Assembly (NCBI GenBank): GCA_000004985.1 | Contig: GG738877.1 | Strand: one strand, 5' to 3' | Length of the DNA: 64,000 nt | DNA from: Naegleria gruberi | Lineage: Eukaryota | Part shown: positions 1-10,291 of the stretch, in pieces | How the letters are laid out: every line of letters begins with the position of its first letter | Numbering within the stretch: the first letter of the stretch is position 1 | Translations under genes and position numbers: made by a program | Notes under the pieces: model-generated | What the model was told of the DNA's origin: nothing | Databases searched by the model: none | Seen by the model: the letters and a program-made list of their open reading frames with translations, nothing else

Positions 1-333
1 CAAACCCAAACCCAAAGGCAAACCCAAACCCAAACCCAAACCCAAACCCAAACCCAAACCCAAACCCAAACCCAAACCCAAACCCAAACCCAAACCCAAA
101 CCCAAACCCAAACCCAAACCCAAACCCAAATCCAAACCCAAACCCAAACCCAAACCCAAACCCAAACCCAAACCCAAACCCAAACCCAAACCCAAACCCA
201 AACCCAAACCCAAACCCAAACCCAAACCCAAACCCAAACCCAAACCCAAACCCAAACCCAAACCCAAACCCAAACCCAAACCCAAACCCAAACCCAAACC
301 CAAACCCAAACCCAAACCCAAACCCAAACCCAG
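1..333. repeat. Terminal telomeric repeat array (CCCAAA)n, G-strand TTTGGG, with a single variant at ~131
   Basis: Perfect 6-nt periodicity read directly from the sequence. The C-rich strand is on top at the left end, the orientation expected for a left chromosome terminus. Confidence 0.9.
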
Positions 334-699
334 AACTAAAAATAGAATTCTTCTAAACCCAACCTTCAAACCCTAGCCCAAAATTATAAACTTATTCAAA
401 TATCATTAAATTTTATATCATTCGATTGTAAATGATGAGTAGAACAACATGGTATATTTAGTTTTTCAATTTATAAAATATTAACTTTGTAAATAATGTC
501 AGATTAAAATTTGTAAAATGAAACTATAGGAAGAATGATAATTTCAAAATCCTTTAATGAGATTATATAGTCTATATCATCGTTAACAACATTCATAATC
601 ACTTTCATATAAAATTTCAAAAGTTCATGTTGGTAGGTATAAAAGTATCAAGTGAAAAGGGAAGATGTGAGGTAAAAGAGGTCAACAATAACTTTTGAG

Positions 700-1060
700 T
701 TTCTCATCAAAACATATTGAATCCTGACATCAAAATGTTCCATTTGATGAGTAAACATCGAATATCAAATTTATTTTAACTTTAATATTTAAAGATTTCT
801 TCCCTCAATCACACATGGTCTACTTTGATGAAAAGGATGAAACCAACATGATGTAGATGATATATAATGATATAGAATTCAATTTCATATCATAAAAATC
901 AGAAATGGTACCATGGGAAGGTAAATGTTGATATTTTATGATTGACTTTAGAGAAAGACAAGTCACACCAACTCTATCAAATATATCACTTCAATCAACA
1001 AAATATATATGAAAATGCTCCACTCGATGAGTAGAGATAGAATATTAAGTTTATTTTCAC
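700..1060. repeat. Subtelomeric ~50-bp element present in at least two copies (~712-762 and ~997-1060, ~80% identical) with a recurring GATGAGTA core (also near 434, 2517, 3250)
   Basis: Direct comparison: caaaatgttccatttgatgagtaaacatcgaatatcaaatttattttaac versus gaaaatgctccactcgatgagtagagatagaatattaagtttattttcac. Confidence 0.5.
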
Positions 1061-1801
1061 NNNNNNNNNNNNNNNNNNNNNNNNNNNNNNNNNNNNNNNN
1101 NNNNNNNNNNNNNNNNNNNNNNNNNNNNNNNNNNNNNNNNNNNNNNNNNNNNNNNNNNNNNNNNNNNNNNNNNNNNNNNNNNNNNNNNNNNNNNNNNNNN
1201 NNNNNNNNNNNNNNNNNNNNNNNNNNNNNNNNNNNNNNNNNNNNNNNNNNNNNNNNNNNNNNNNNNNNNNNNNNNNNNNNNNNNNNNNNNNNNNNNNNNN
1301 NNNNNNNNNNNNNNNNNNNNNNNNNNNNNNNNNNNNNNNNNNNNNNNNNNNNNNNNNNNNNNNNNNNNNNNNNNNNNNNNNNNNNNNNNNNNNNNNNNNN
1401 NNNNNNNNNNNNNNNNNNNNNNNNNNNNNNNNNNNNNNNNNNNNNNNNNNNNNNNNNNNNNNNNNNNNNNNNNNNNNNNNNNNNNNNNNNNNNNNNNNNN
1501 NNNNNNNNNNNNNNNNNNNNNNNNNNNNNNNNNNNNNNNNNNNNNNNNNNNNNNNNNNNNNNNNNNNNNNNNNNNNNNNNNNNNNNNNNNNNNNNNNNNN
1601 NNNNNNNNNNNNNNNNNNNNNNNNNNNNNNNNNNNNNNNNNNNNNNNNNNNNNNNNNNNNNNNNNNNNNNNNNNNNNNNNNNNNNNNNNNNNNNNNNNNN
1701 NNNNNNNNNNNNNNNNNNNNNNNNNNNNNNNNNNNNNNNNNNNNNNNNNNNNNNNNNNNNNNNNNNNNNNNNNNNNNNNNNNNNNNNNNNNNNNNNNNNN
1801 N
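1061..1801. other. Assembly gap (run of N, 741 nt)
   Basis: Continuous N characters. The ORFs reported across 963-2289 are artefacts of the N run and the hexamer repeat. Confidence 0.97.
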
Positions 1802-2236
1802 GCCCAAACCCAAACCCAAACCCAAACCCAAACCCAGGCCCAAACCCAAACCCAAACCCAAACCCAAACCCAAACCCAAACCCAAACCCAAACCCAAACC
1901 CAAACCCAAACCCAAACCCAAACCCAAACCCAAACCCAAACCCAAACCCAAACCCAAACCCAAACCCAAACCCAAACCCAAACCCAAACCCAAACCCAAA
2001 CCCAAACCCAAACCCAAACCCAAACCCAAACCCAAACCCAAACCCAAACCCAAACCCAAACCCAAACCAAAACCCAAACCCAAACCCAACCCAAACCCAA
2101 ACCCAAACCCAAACCCAAACCCAAACCCAAACCCAAACCCAACCCAAACCCAAACCCAAACCCAAACCCAAACCCAAACCCAAACCCAAACCCAACCCCC
2201 AAACCCAAACCCAAACCCAAACCCAAACCCAAACCC
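1802..2236. repeat. Second, internal (CCCAAA)n telomere-like array with degenerate variants (cccagg at ~1835, aaaacc at ~2066, cccaac at ~2086 and ~2140, ccccc at ~2196)
   Basis: Same hexamer in the same orientation as the terminal array. It lies immediately after the N gap and is followed by unique AT-rich sequence. Confidence 0.85.
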
Positions 2237-2966
2237 CTTGGTATTATGGCAATATTTCTATTGAGTATTGACATTGCAACATTTCCCAAATTGGTAATAT
2301 AGAAAATAAAATCATGATATCAATTATTTGTCGATAAAATGAATAGATATACGATATTATCAAATAAAATATATAGGTCCTTATTGAAAGTGTTTACCTG
2401 GTAAATAGTGAGCGTAACTTCCCCTACTTTCATCCTAATTGATTATCTCCCTATATATATGATAGATTTCAATTATTTCAATTACATATCATAATACATG
2501 ATAATTAGACATGTATCAATGAGTGGAATTAAGTCATGTAAGATATTCATCCTTCAATTACCAATATTGTCATTTTCACACAAGTTGACTTCCTACAGTC
2601 TGAATATGGATCCAGTCATGTCGATTTCAATTTTATATGATTATACTTGATATTTACTACAATATTTATGTGTTTGATTGAATGTTATAGTGTTTCCATA
2701 GTATGGCTCAATATCTTGGTCAATTAAGGTAGAATGAGTACAGTATACTAAGGATATCAAATATTATACTTCCAACAGTTCTACAAGGTAGATATCATCA
2801 TTATACATCATATATATGAGATTGATGATGATTGTAATAACATTCATATTATAGTACAATAAATGTTGAAAAGTTAATTTTTAGACAAGTTGTAATTTAT
2901 TACATATACCGATGCAACATGATTAATTCATAATATCATCTATTCATCTATATATCTACAATATGG

Positions 2967-3016
2967 NNNNNNNNNNNNNNNNNNNNNNNNNNNNNNNNNN
3001 NNNNNNNNNNNNNNNN
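2967..3016. other. Assembly gap (50 N)
   Basis: Run of N. Confidence 0.97.
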
Positions 3017-3587
3017 TTGAATATTGATCATTGAATTGGTGAATAATCACTCTCTTGATAATGTTACTTATTCATATTGCATGCAAATCAACCTGATTCA
3101 ATCTACAAAGGTTGGTAGTTGCACCACTTCGTGGCGAAACTACCCATCCACGATCAATCAACATTAGATTCACTTCCATTCAACTCAATTTGACCGTTAT
3201 AATCAATAAATCAATGAAATGTTCCTTTATTAGCAATACCAACACAATCCAATGAGTAGATTCACGTCCCAAACATTTGACTTCTCAAAGTCCATATTTC
3301 AAAAGTTGATACTGACCTGACCTTTATATATCTATCAATATAAGAAATGAAAACATCAAATTTACATCATTAATAGATTATAAGAAATATAATCAATGAT
3401 ATGAATCTTCACTAAGTAATCTCTTAAATAACCCAAATAAATCAACTCTGAATCCTAACCAAACCCAACCGCTTTTGATTACGATCAAAAAGAAGAACAA
3501 ACCCAAGAAATTAAACAAGGAGCAAGAAAGAAATACCAAAAAGAAATTGTTGTTATAGGAACACCAATTGTAAAGCTTTTAGAAGAG

Positions 3588-4469
3588 ATGAAGCGTAATG
3601 TAACCTGTTTAAATGATTGTTACCCAACTCAATCCTTTATCTATGTATTCCTTATTGGTAATGGAAGTATTTATTTGAAAGATTCTGATTTTGCAACTTC
3701 AAAAATGAATCTGTTGGTCTTTGGAAAGACTAAGAATATGATTGAGTTTGAACAAATAAGAGCAAGTATGAATGACAGATGGGAATGTGTACATTTATGG
3801 TTAATTGGTCCAGATAACAGCAGCAATAGTATTGAGCTTGTTAGGGAGATACTAATAGGAAAGTATTCAAGTAGATTTATTGATGAAACTGAGTTGAATT
3901 TCGCCGGTCTAAACAGAGTTCTTCCTGACCAGGAAAAGTTATTAGTCCCTTCAGATATGCTCGATGACTTTATCTATAAGAAGCAACATTTCATTGATTG
4001 GACAACCAAAACTCTATTCAAGTCTGCTTATGAAAGAGGAGAAAAAGTCTTGAGACCATCATTTTCTAGTGATGTTAACTTGGTTTTACATTCAATCTAC
4101 TCTGTCGTGTATGAATACTTAGATCTTTTAAGCGATGAAGATGATACTGTTTTATTTATACGTCCAGAAAATACTGAATTAGTATTGGAGGAAATGGATT
4201 TGCTAAACGGTTTTGAGTCTACCAGCAATAAGGATCACAGCACATTAGGGTACAACATTATTGTGAGAGAAAGATTTCCTGATGACGATATGATTGAAGT
4301 CAATGTAAACAGCCCAACAACAATCATGTATATTTTCAGATACGATGAAAAGGAAAGTAACGAAACCTTTGACATTGTTAAAAAAGTGGAAATATTTGGA
4401 GAGCCAACTTGGGCAATCGGCATTAGAAAAAAGGTTATCATGACAAATACTCTGATTTTTAAACAATAA
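3588..4469 (+). CDS. Hypothetical protein. The frame stays open upstream to ~3459 without an ATG, so the 5' end is probably an unseen upstream exon
   Basis: 293-aa ORF with coding-like composition. The upstream in-frame extension (...KEIVVIGTPIVKLLEEM...) reads like coding sequence. Confidence 0.4.
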   Translation: MKRNVTCLNDCYPTQSFIYVFLIGNGSIYLKDSDFATSKMNLLVFGKTKNMIEFEQIRASMNDRWECVHLWLIGPDNSSNSIELVREILIGKYSSRFIDETELNFAGLNRVLPDQEKLLVPSDMLDDFIYKKQHFIDWTTKTLFKSAYERGEKVLRPSFSSDVNLVLHSIYSVVYEYLDLLSDEDDTVLFIRPENTELVLEEMDLLNGFESTSNKDHSTLGYNIIVRERFPDDDMIEVNVNSPTTIMYIFRYDEKESNETFDIVKKVEIFGEPTWAIGIRKKVIMTNTLIFKQ

Positions 4470-5381
4470 TTCCATATTCAATAACGTGGGCAATAATGGT
4501 GGGTATTGAAATTAATGAATTAATGTATTCCTGTTATTAAACAGGAAAAATTGATACTCTTCAATAAAAATAGTTTTCTTAACACAATACAACAACACTA
4601 GCACAAATTCTTGCTTAGGTAATTGATTTGACGCAACAACACTCTGGAGTTTGACTTGTTTTTGAATCCATTCTGCAATTGTTCGTTGGTTGAATTGACA
4701 CCCTAAACATGGTGCAATCAATCCATAAACTAATCTTGTTAAGAAAGAGGGTTATATATTAGTTCGTTCTCAAGAATCAGTGAGGGATGAGAGGATGCAA
4801 AATCTTACTGTAATGTTCTATATTTCTATAAGGAGAATTAATCTTGCCACCATCAAGCATACAAATTAAAAAGCCATTGTAGAGAGAATAAAGTAAGCAA
4901 TTCACCATTTTCAGGTGAGGGACAAAGTATCAGCCTATGATCCAATCAAAAAAGTATCAAACAAACCATTCGTAGTTGCATCAAGTTCATACTAGCCAAG
5001 TACCAGCAACAATCACACAATCCGCAATCTCCCCAACTGTTATCCTGTGCTTACTTTCTGATATTCGATCATGAACTCCTGCGAGTTATCCACATCATCA
5101 GTACTGAGCTTTTGAAACAGCTATTGTTGTTGCGTAGTGAATCTACTGTAATACAATGAGTGCGTTAGAAAGAGGATAAGCTGATGAAAGGGCCATATTT
5201 TACTCCAACTCTAACACAAATAAGGTACAGTAAGTAACTGTAATTAGGAACAGTCCATTTTGAAAACTTTCAATGAAAAATTCATTCTGGCATAATGCCT
5301 TAAAAGAAACTAGCCCTTGTTTCACGGAATTATTCATAGTGGCATCCTCATCCACCACACAGTAACTTATCTTCTAGAAAA

Positions 5382-7985
5382 GTGTCTCACACAAGCAAAA
5401 AGAAAAAAATGGCCCAAGTGACACCTCTAGAAGTGGATGAAGTTTACGATGAAGAAGATAATTTTCTACAGGAACAAACTGTGAAGAGCTCGACCAATTG
5501 TTGTTGCTCCATCAACACAGTACTGGTAGCCATGACATCTTTAATAATCCTATTCTGTGTTTTGGTATTATCGGCTGTGTGGGTCTCAGCATTCAGTGTC
5601 CAAGTTGAGGAATTGAGTAATACGGTGAGACAAGAACACTTCGACAATATGTATTCAGCCACAACAGACTATTTGAAAACCATGTTGATAATGACAGAGT
5701 CTGTGAAATCGCAATTGTACACTGGATTTGATTTTAAGAATCAAACTCTCATAGCAGATCACACCTTTAGATTGTACAAGATGGAACGAAAGAATTTGGG
5801 AGATTGGGCACATGCCATGTTTGTTGGTTCTTCTATGGGTGATGCCTTTGGTATTTCCAGTTACAAAAACAATCCAATGTACATGAATATTACATATGGT
5901 CAAAATCAATTATATTGGTTATGTTTAAATTGGCAAAAGTTGGATTATTGCAAGAAAAACTCAACAACTCCAACAATGACTTTAGCTCCATTCAAGAATA
6001 TTCAAATTCTATACAATGCAGCAGCTTCAAATCCAGGTGGTTTTGCGTTTAGTCCTTCATTTATTGATTCAACCCATCCTTCATTGGTTTTGTTTGGTTG
6101 TGTGTCATCTTTTACACAAGGTTACATACCTCCAGGTAAAACCTTTAGTAATTATGTTTCTGTCTTGTTTGGTTCTGCAGAAATTACCAGTTTTCTAGTG
6201 GAAGCTTCATCCTCAATTCCAGGAAGTGTCACTTTTATCATTGAAAGAAACACAACGTACCTGCTCTCAACAGATAATCCTGCAAAGGCAACTGTGAAAT
6301 TCACCAATGGTACGAGTATCAGATATACAGTTAACAATTATGGTGGAAAGGTGTCAGAGATTGGAACTGAAGTAGCTAATCAACTGGGTTCTAAATTTGA
6401 TTCATTACCGTGTAACAATTACACTACACTTATTGTAAAGGGTACATACACCAGTGTCAAGAGACTTTGTACAAGTGAAGGAATTGATTGGTAAGTAGTT
6501 GAATTGAAATATTTCTCAATATTATTTAACACTAAACTTTCAGGGTATTCGTATTGAGTGTACCACAATGGAATTACATTGGATCTATGCTTATTGCCAT
6601 TATCGGTGCAATCGTTGCGTCTGTAATTATCATCTTTTTGGGAATAATCATTGCAGTCTTCTTCTCCTTCAAAATTGTAAAACCATTTAAAAACTTGATA
6701 GCTGCTTTCCAAAATGTATCGAATATGGAATTGGATGATTTGAAATTATACAAGACTTTGTTCTCTGAGGTCAAAACTCTGCAAACTCATTTCGTTGGAA
6801 TGGTTGACAAGATTAAACTTTACAGACAATTCATTCCACCTCATTTGTTAAGTAAATTGGATGATAATGAAGATATAGTACAAGAATCAGCTTCTCAAAT
6901 ATCTGTCAAGAAGGAAGAACCAAAGAGTTTCGCCCACTCCAATAGTGAAACTAAGGTTGACATGTCCAGTAGATCAATAACAACTCCAACAACAAATTCG
7001 AAACTCGATGTCAAGAAACAATTATCTGCCAAGAATATGTTCTCGTTGCACCTTGAGAAGAAACCCATTTCAGTCATTGGTGTCTGTATGCAAGGCATTA
7101 ATAGATGGTTCGTTGATCTAGCTCCTGAAGTGAGTGTTGATTTACTCGGTGGTTTATATGATCAGATTATGCAAATTTCCAAACCAAGTAATGGACAAGC
7201 ATGGAAATTTGAAAATGAAACTTTACTGATAACATTCAATGCATCTACCAATCAAAATGCTCACGAACTCAAATCCATTCAAACTGCATACACTCTATCG
7301 ACAAAACTAAAGGATTATACAAAGGTGAAACTCTTGAAGAATAATGCCTTTGCAGATCAACAAGAATTAACAGTTGACTTTTCTACAAAGATTGCAATTG
7401 CAACACAAGAGTGTCTATGTGGTAATATTGGTACTAAACAAGCAATGAGCTTTTCAATTCAAGGATCCATTCAGCAAAACATTGAAATGTTATTAGAAAC
7501 TGCTATTAGACTTGATATTTCAATTTTATTTGCATCTGAATTGAAATCAAAGGTCGATACCAAATATCAATTTAGATACATTGAAACTAAACAATTACTA
7601 GCCGACAATGTATTTACAGTTCCAGACAGATACAAACAATCGAATATTTTCAAAGAAGATTCATTGTACGAATTGGGTCTTTGTAATCAAGTGAACATGG
7701 ATGGTAAGTATTACAAAATACGTGTGAATAATATTTTAACACCTCTCTCTCAAAACTTTAGAATGGATGTATGAATTGGAAGAAAAGGAAAAGAAAGACA
7801 AGTGGAAGTTTTACAATCAAGCATGTGAATACTATTTCGATAAGGAGTATGATACAGCACTTGAAAGAATTGATGAATATTTGAAAAACTCTGCTAATAG
7901 CACTGATTTGGCAGCTCACAATTTGAGATCAGTGATAATGGATTTACAAGGGAATGCAAATTTCAAACTCAAATCTGTCAAATAA
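5382..7985 (+). CDS. Receptor-type (single-pass, HAMP/signalling-helix) adenylate/guanylate cyclase-like protein with a degenerate cyclase-homology domain. Exons 5382..6490, 6544..7703, 7762..7985
   Basis: N-terminal TM, ~300-aa extracellular region and a second TM (MLIAIIGAIVASVIIIFLGIIIAVFF). The pre-cyclase signalling helix is LKLYKTLFSEVKTLQTHFVGMVDKIKLYRQFIPPHLL, and the CHD-like region is ISVIGVCMQG...ETLLITFNAS...KIAIATQECLCGNIGTK. The metal-binding Asp positions are substituted. Introns gtaagtag..tttcag (6491-6543) and gtaagtatt..ctttag (7704-7761) join the three ORFs in frame. Confidence 0.6.
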
Positions 7986-8095
7986 TTGATTCACATTCAA
8001 ACTCCTAAATGTACATTACCAATTTTTCAACATGATTAAAATCAATAAACTTGTATATATTTCAATCTTTCTTTATTAATTTGCTAAATCAATTC

Positions 8096-10144
8096 TTATA
8101 GAGTTATTTTGAAAACTTCAATTTCCTCAACTCTGAACTGGTGACTTCCAGCCAAATAACTTTCAGTTTGTTCATTTCTTTCTTGGAATCCTTTTGGCAA
8201 TTCAAAAGCTATACCAAAATTGGATTTTGAATTGTAGTTTAAATTGCAATCACTTGAAATTGTAAAATCATGACCTGGTTTGAGTAACATAACACCAAAG
8301 GTTGGTAATAAACCTTCTTGTAAAACGGTAGCATTCCGCAATGTAAAGGAACTTCTCTTGAATTTATGAAATTGTGCTCCTGATTCCTTTACAAATTTGA
8401 AAATAAATGCTGAACTATCTTCCACAACTTCTCTTTGTTTAGGAGATTTCCATGATTTTGAAGTAAAACCACCGAATATTTGATTGTGCTCTGCCGATTT
8501 GATAATTGTCAAAGTTGCACCTTGGTTATCACACTTTGAATGAAAGTCAATTGCTTTAAAACCATCCCTTGATCCTCTGTATAATAATTGTGGAACTAAT
8601 TGAGTGCCAGTATTCGAATACAATTCTTTTGAAATGGTGTCTGAATTCGTATCATCATAATAAATTTCATTAATAATATTAGATATCAAAGTGAAAGGAA
8701 TGAAACCCTTAATATTTGTGAAAACATTACTTGTTCCTTTTAAGGAAGTTAAAAGTTGAAATTCAACTTGTTCAAAACTACTTCCTTTAAAAGAAGATAA
8801 ATCTGTCACTTCTCTCAAATCTGCATTCTTGATAGTACAATTATTGAATACATTACCATTCATCAAATTTACATTTTCCAAGTTGCAATCTCTAATATTT
8901 GAACCAGTGAAATCACAAGATTTCATAAAACTGTTTGAAAAATTACAACCACTCAATTCACAATTTTGAAAATTGGTGTTTGATAAAGTGCAATGATTGA
9001 AATCACACCCTTTCAGATTACTTCCTTGAAATTGTGTCAAATTCAAATCCATTCCACTGAAATCATATCCACAAAATTCAGTCCCACGTAGATTGGAATA
9101 TTGAAGTAAATTCTTTCGAAGGTGTTGAATGCCAAATTGTTGACATGAACCAGCAAGCAATAGTTTAAATTTAACATCAATGCTCTTTTCCACAATTCCA
9201 AACTTTAGCCAATTAAGGATTGAATAAAATACAGTTAAATCACAATCAATGAAATAAATTGGGGCATCGAATTTTGAATTAAAAGATGTTTGATAACATG
9301 GATATTCACCTGTGAACATTTTCTTGAATACATTGTCAGATTCTCTGTCATTATGAATGAAATCTCCCAATGCAACTGTAATGACAGTTCCTCTGACATT
9401 TAAGTGAATTGGTTTGTTGCAATTTTCCAATTTCTCTCTAGTATAAACTTGGTTCGCAAAGTTTTTCTCTTTCAATTCCAATTGTTGAGTCAATATTTCA
9501 TTTCTTTGATTCCATTCTTGAAGCAACGTTTCTTTCTTTTCATTGAAACCACTTGTAATTTCCTCAACAAGTTTTTTGGTATCATTAGTCAACTTTTGAT
9601 TCAATTCTTCATATTTCCTTTCCAACTCATCTGATTTTTCTTGATAATCTTGTTGTAAACTCTTGAGTTTTTCTTGATAATCACCCTCAAGTTTCCTCTT
9701 TAATTCATCTGCCTCAAAATACGCCTCCAGAAAGGAGCAATACTTTTCCTGGTGGATTTTCAATTCTCCCCTCAAGACTACATTCTTACACATTCGACAT
9801 TGAACTTCCAATTTGTCCAACATGTTTTTAATACTCTTCACACTTGAACAATTCTTCTTGAAATCTTCACCTCTACAAATTGGACAATCATGAACATTTT
9901 CAACACAGGTGGAACAGAAGGTGCTGCCACAAGATCCGTGTGAGGTTGGATCGATAAAGGGAAGAAAACAAATGGGACAAATTAATTCTTCATCAATGTT
10001 CTTGTCGATGTATATGTATTGTGGATCTAGAGAAGAGGAGGAATCAGTATTCTCTGCACTTAAAGTGCTTTCATTATGCACTTGAGAATTGACTTTCATG
10101 TATTGCAACGAGATTGTTTTTTTTCCATAATTATTTGTTTCCAA
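8096..10144 (-). CDS. Multidomain RING finger - TRAF-type zinc finger/coiled coil - BTB/POZ (KCTD/T1-type) - pentapeptide-repeat - TLDc protein (KCTD9-like core)
   Basis: CPICFLPF...CPICR RING motif. The BTB region NVRGTVITVALGDF...YFIDCDLTVFYSILNWLKFG is present. Pentapeptide repeats (CDFNHCTLSNTNFQNCELSGCNFSNS...) follow. The C-terminal TLDc signature is LLYRGSRDGFKAIDFHSKCDNQGATLTIIKSAEHNQIFGGFTSKSW. Confidence 0.75.
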   Translation of the reverse strand: METNNYGKKTISLQYMKVNSQVHNESTLSAENTDSSSSLDPQYIYIDKNIDEELICPICFLPFIDPTSHGSCGSTFCSTCVENVHDCPICRGEDFKKNCSSVKSIKNMLDKLEVQCRMCKNVVLRGELKIHQEKYCSFLEAYFEADELKRKLEGDYQEKLKSLQQDYQEKSDELERKYEELNQKLTNDTKKLVEEITSGFNEKKETLLQEWNQRNEILTQQLELKEKNFANQVYTREKLENCNKPIHLNVRGTVITVALGDFIHNDRESDNVFKKMFTGEYPCYQTSFNSKFDAPIYFIDCDLTVFYSILNWLKFGIVEKSIDVKFKLLLAGSCQQFGIQHLRKNLLQYSNLRGTEFCGYDFSGMDLNLTQFQGSNLKGCDFNHCTLSNTNFQNCELSGCNFSNSFMKSCDFTGSNIRDCNLENVNLMNGNVFNNCTIKNADLREVTDLSSFKGSSFEQVEFQLLTSLKGTSNVFTNIKGFIPFTLISNIINEIYYDDTNSDTISKELYSNTGTQLVPQLLYRGSRDGFKAIDFHSKCDNQGATLTIIKSAEHNQIFGGFTSKSWKSPKQREVVEDSSAFIFKFVKESGAQFHKFKRSSFTLRNATVLQEGLLPTFGVMLLKPGHDFTISSDCNLNYNSKSNFGIAFELPKGFQERNEQTESYLAGSHQFRVEEIEVFKITL

Positions 10145-10291
10145 ACTTGGGAGATTCCTTCTTTAGAAAGTAGTTACATACAATCAGTTGTTTAAGATTT
10201 TAATTTAGACTAAATTCCAGTATTTCTTTTTGGGAAAGGGTTAATAAACCTTAAATTACTGCTCCAAATTCAAAGAGAGAGAAATAACAAT

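Noticed and set aside
1-2236. Could the regular hexamer arrays be a CRISPR array or a satellite?
   Set aside because: There are no spacers and the unit is 6 nt, with telomeric composition and terminal position. The rest of the window is eukaryotic (spliceosomal introns, U2, 5S, tRNAs).
963-2289. Four long ORFs (~364-420 aa) with GLGLGL / PNPNPN / WVWVWV translations and runs of X
   Set aside because: They are pure artefacts of translating the (CCCAAA)n repeat and the N gap in different frames. There is no coding potential.
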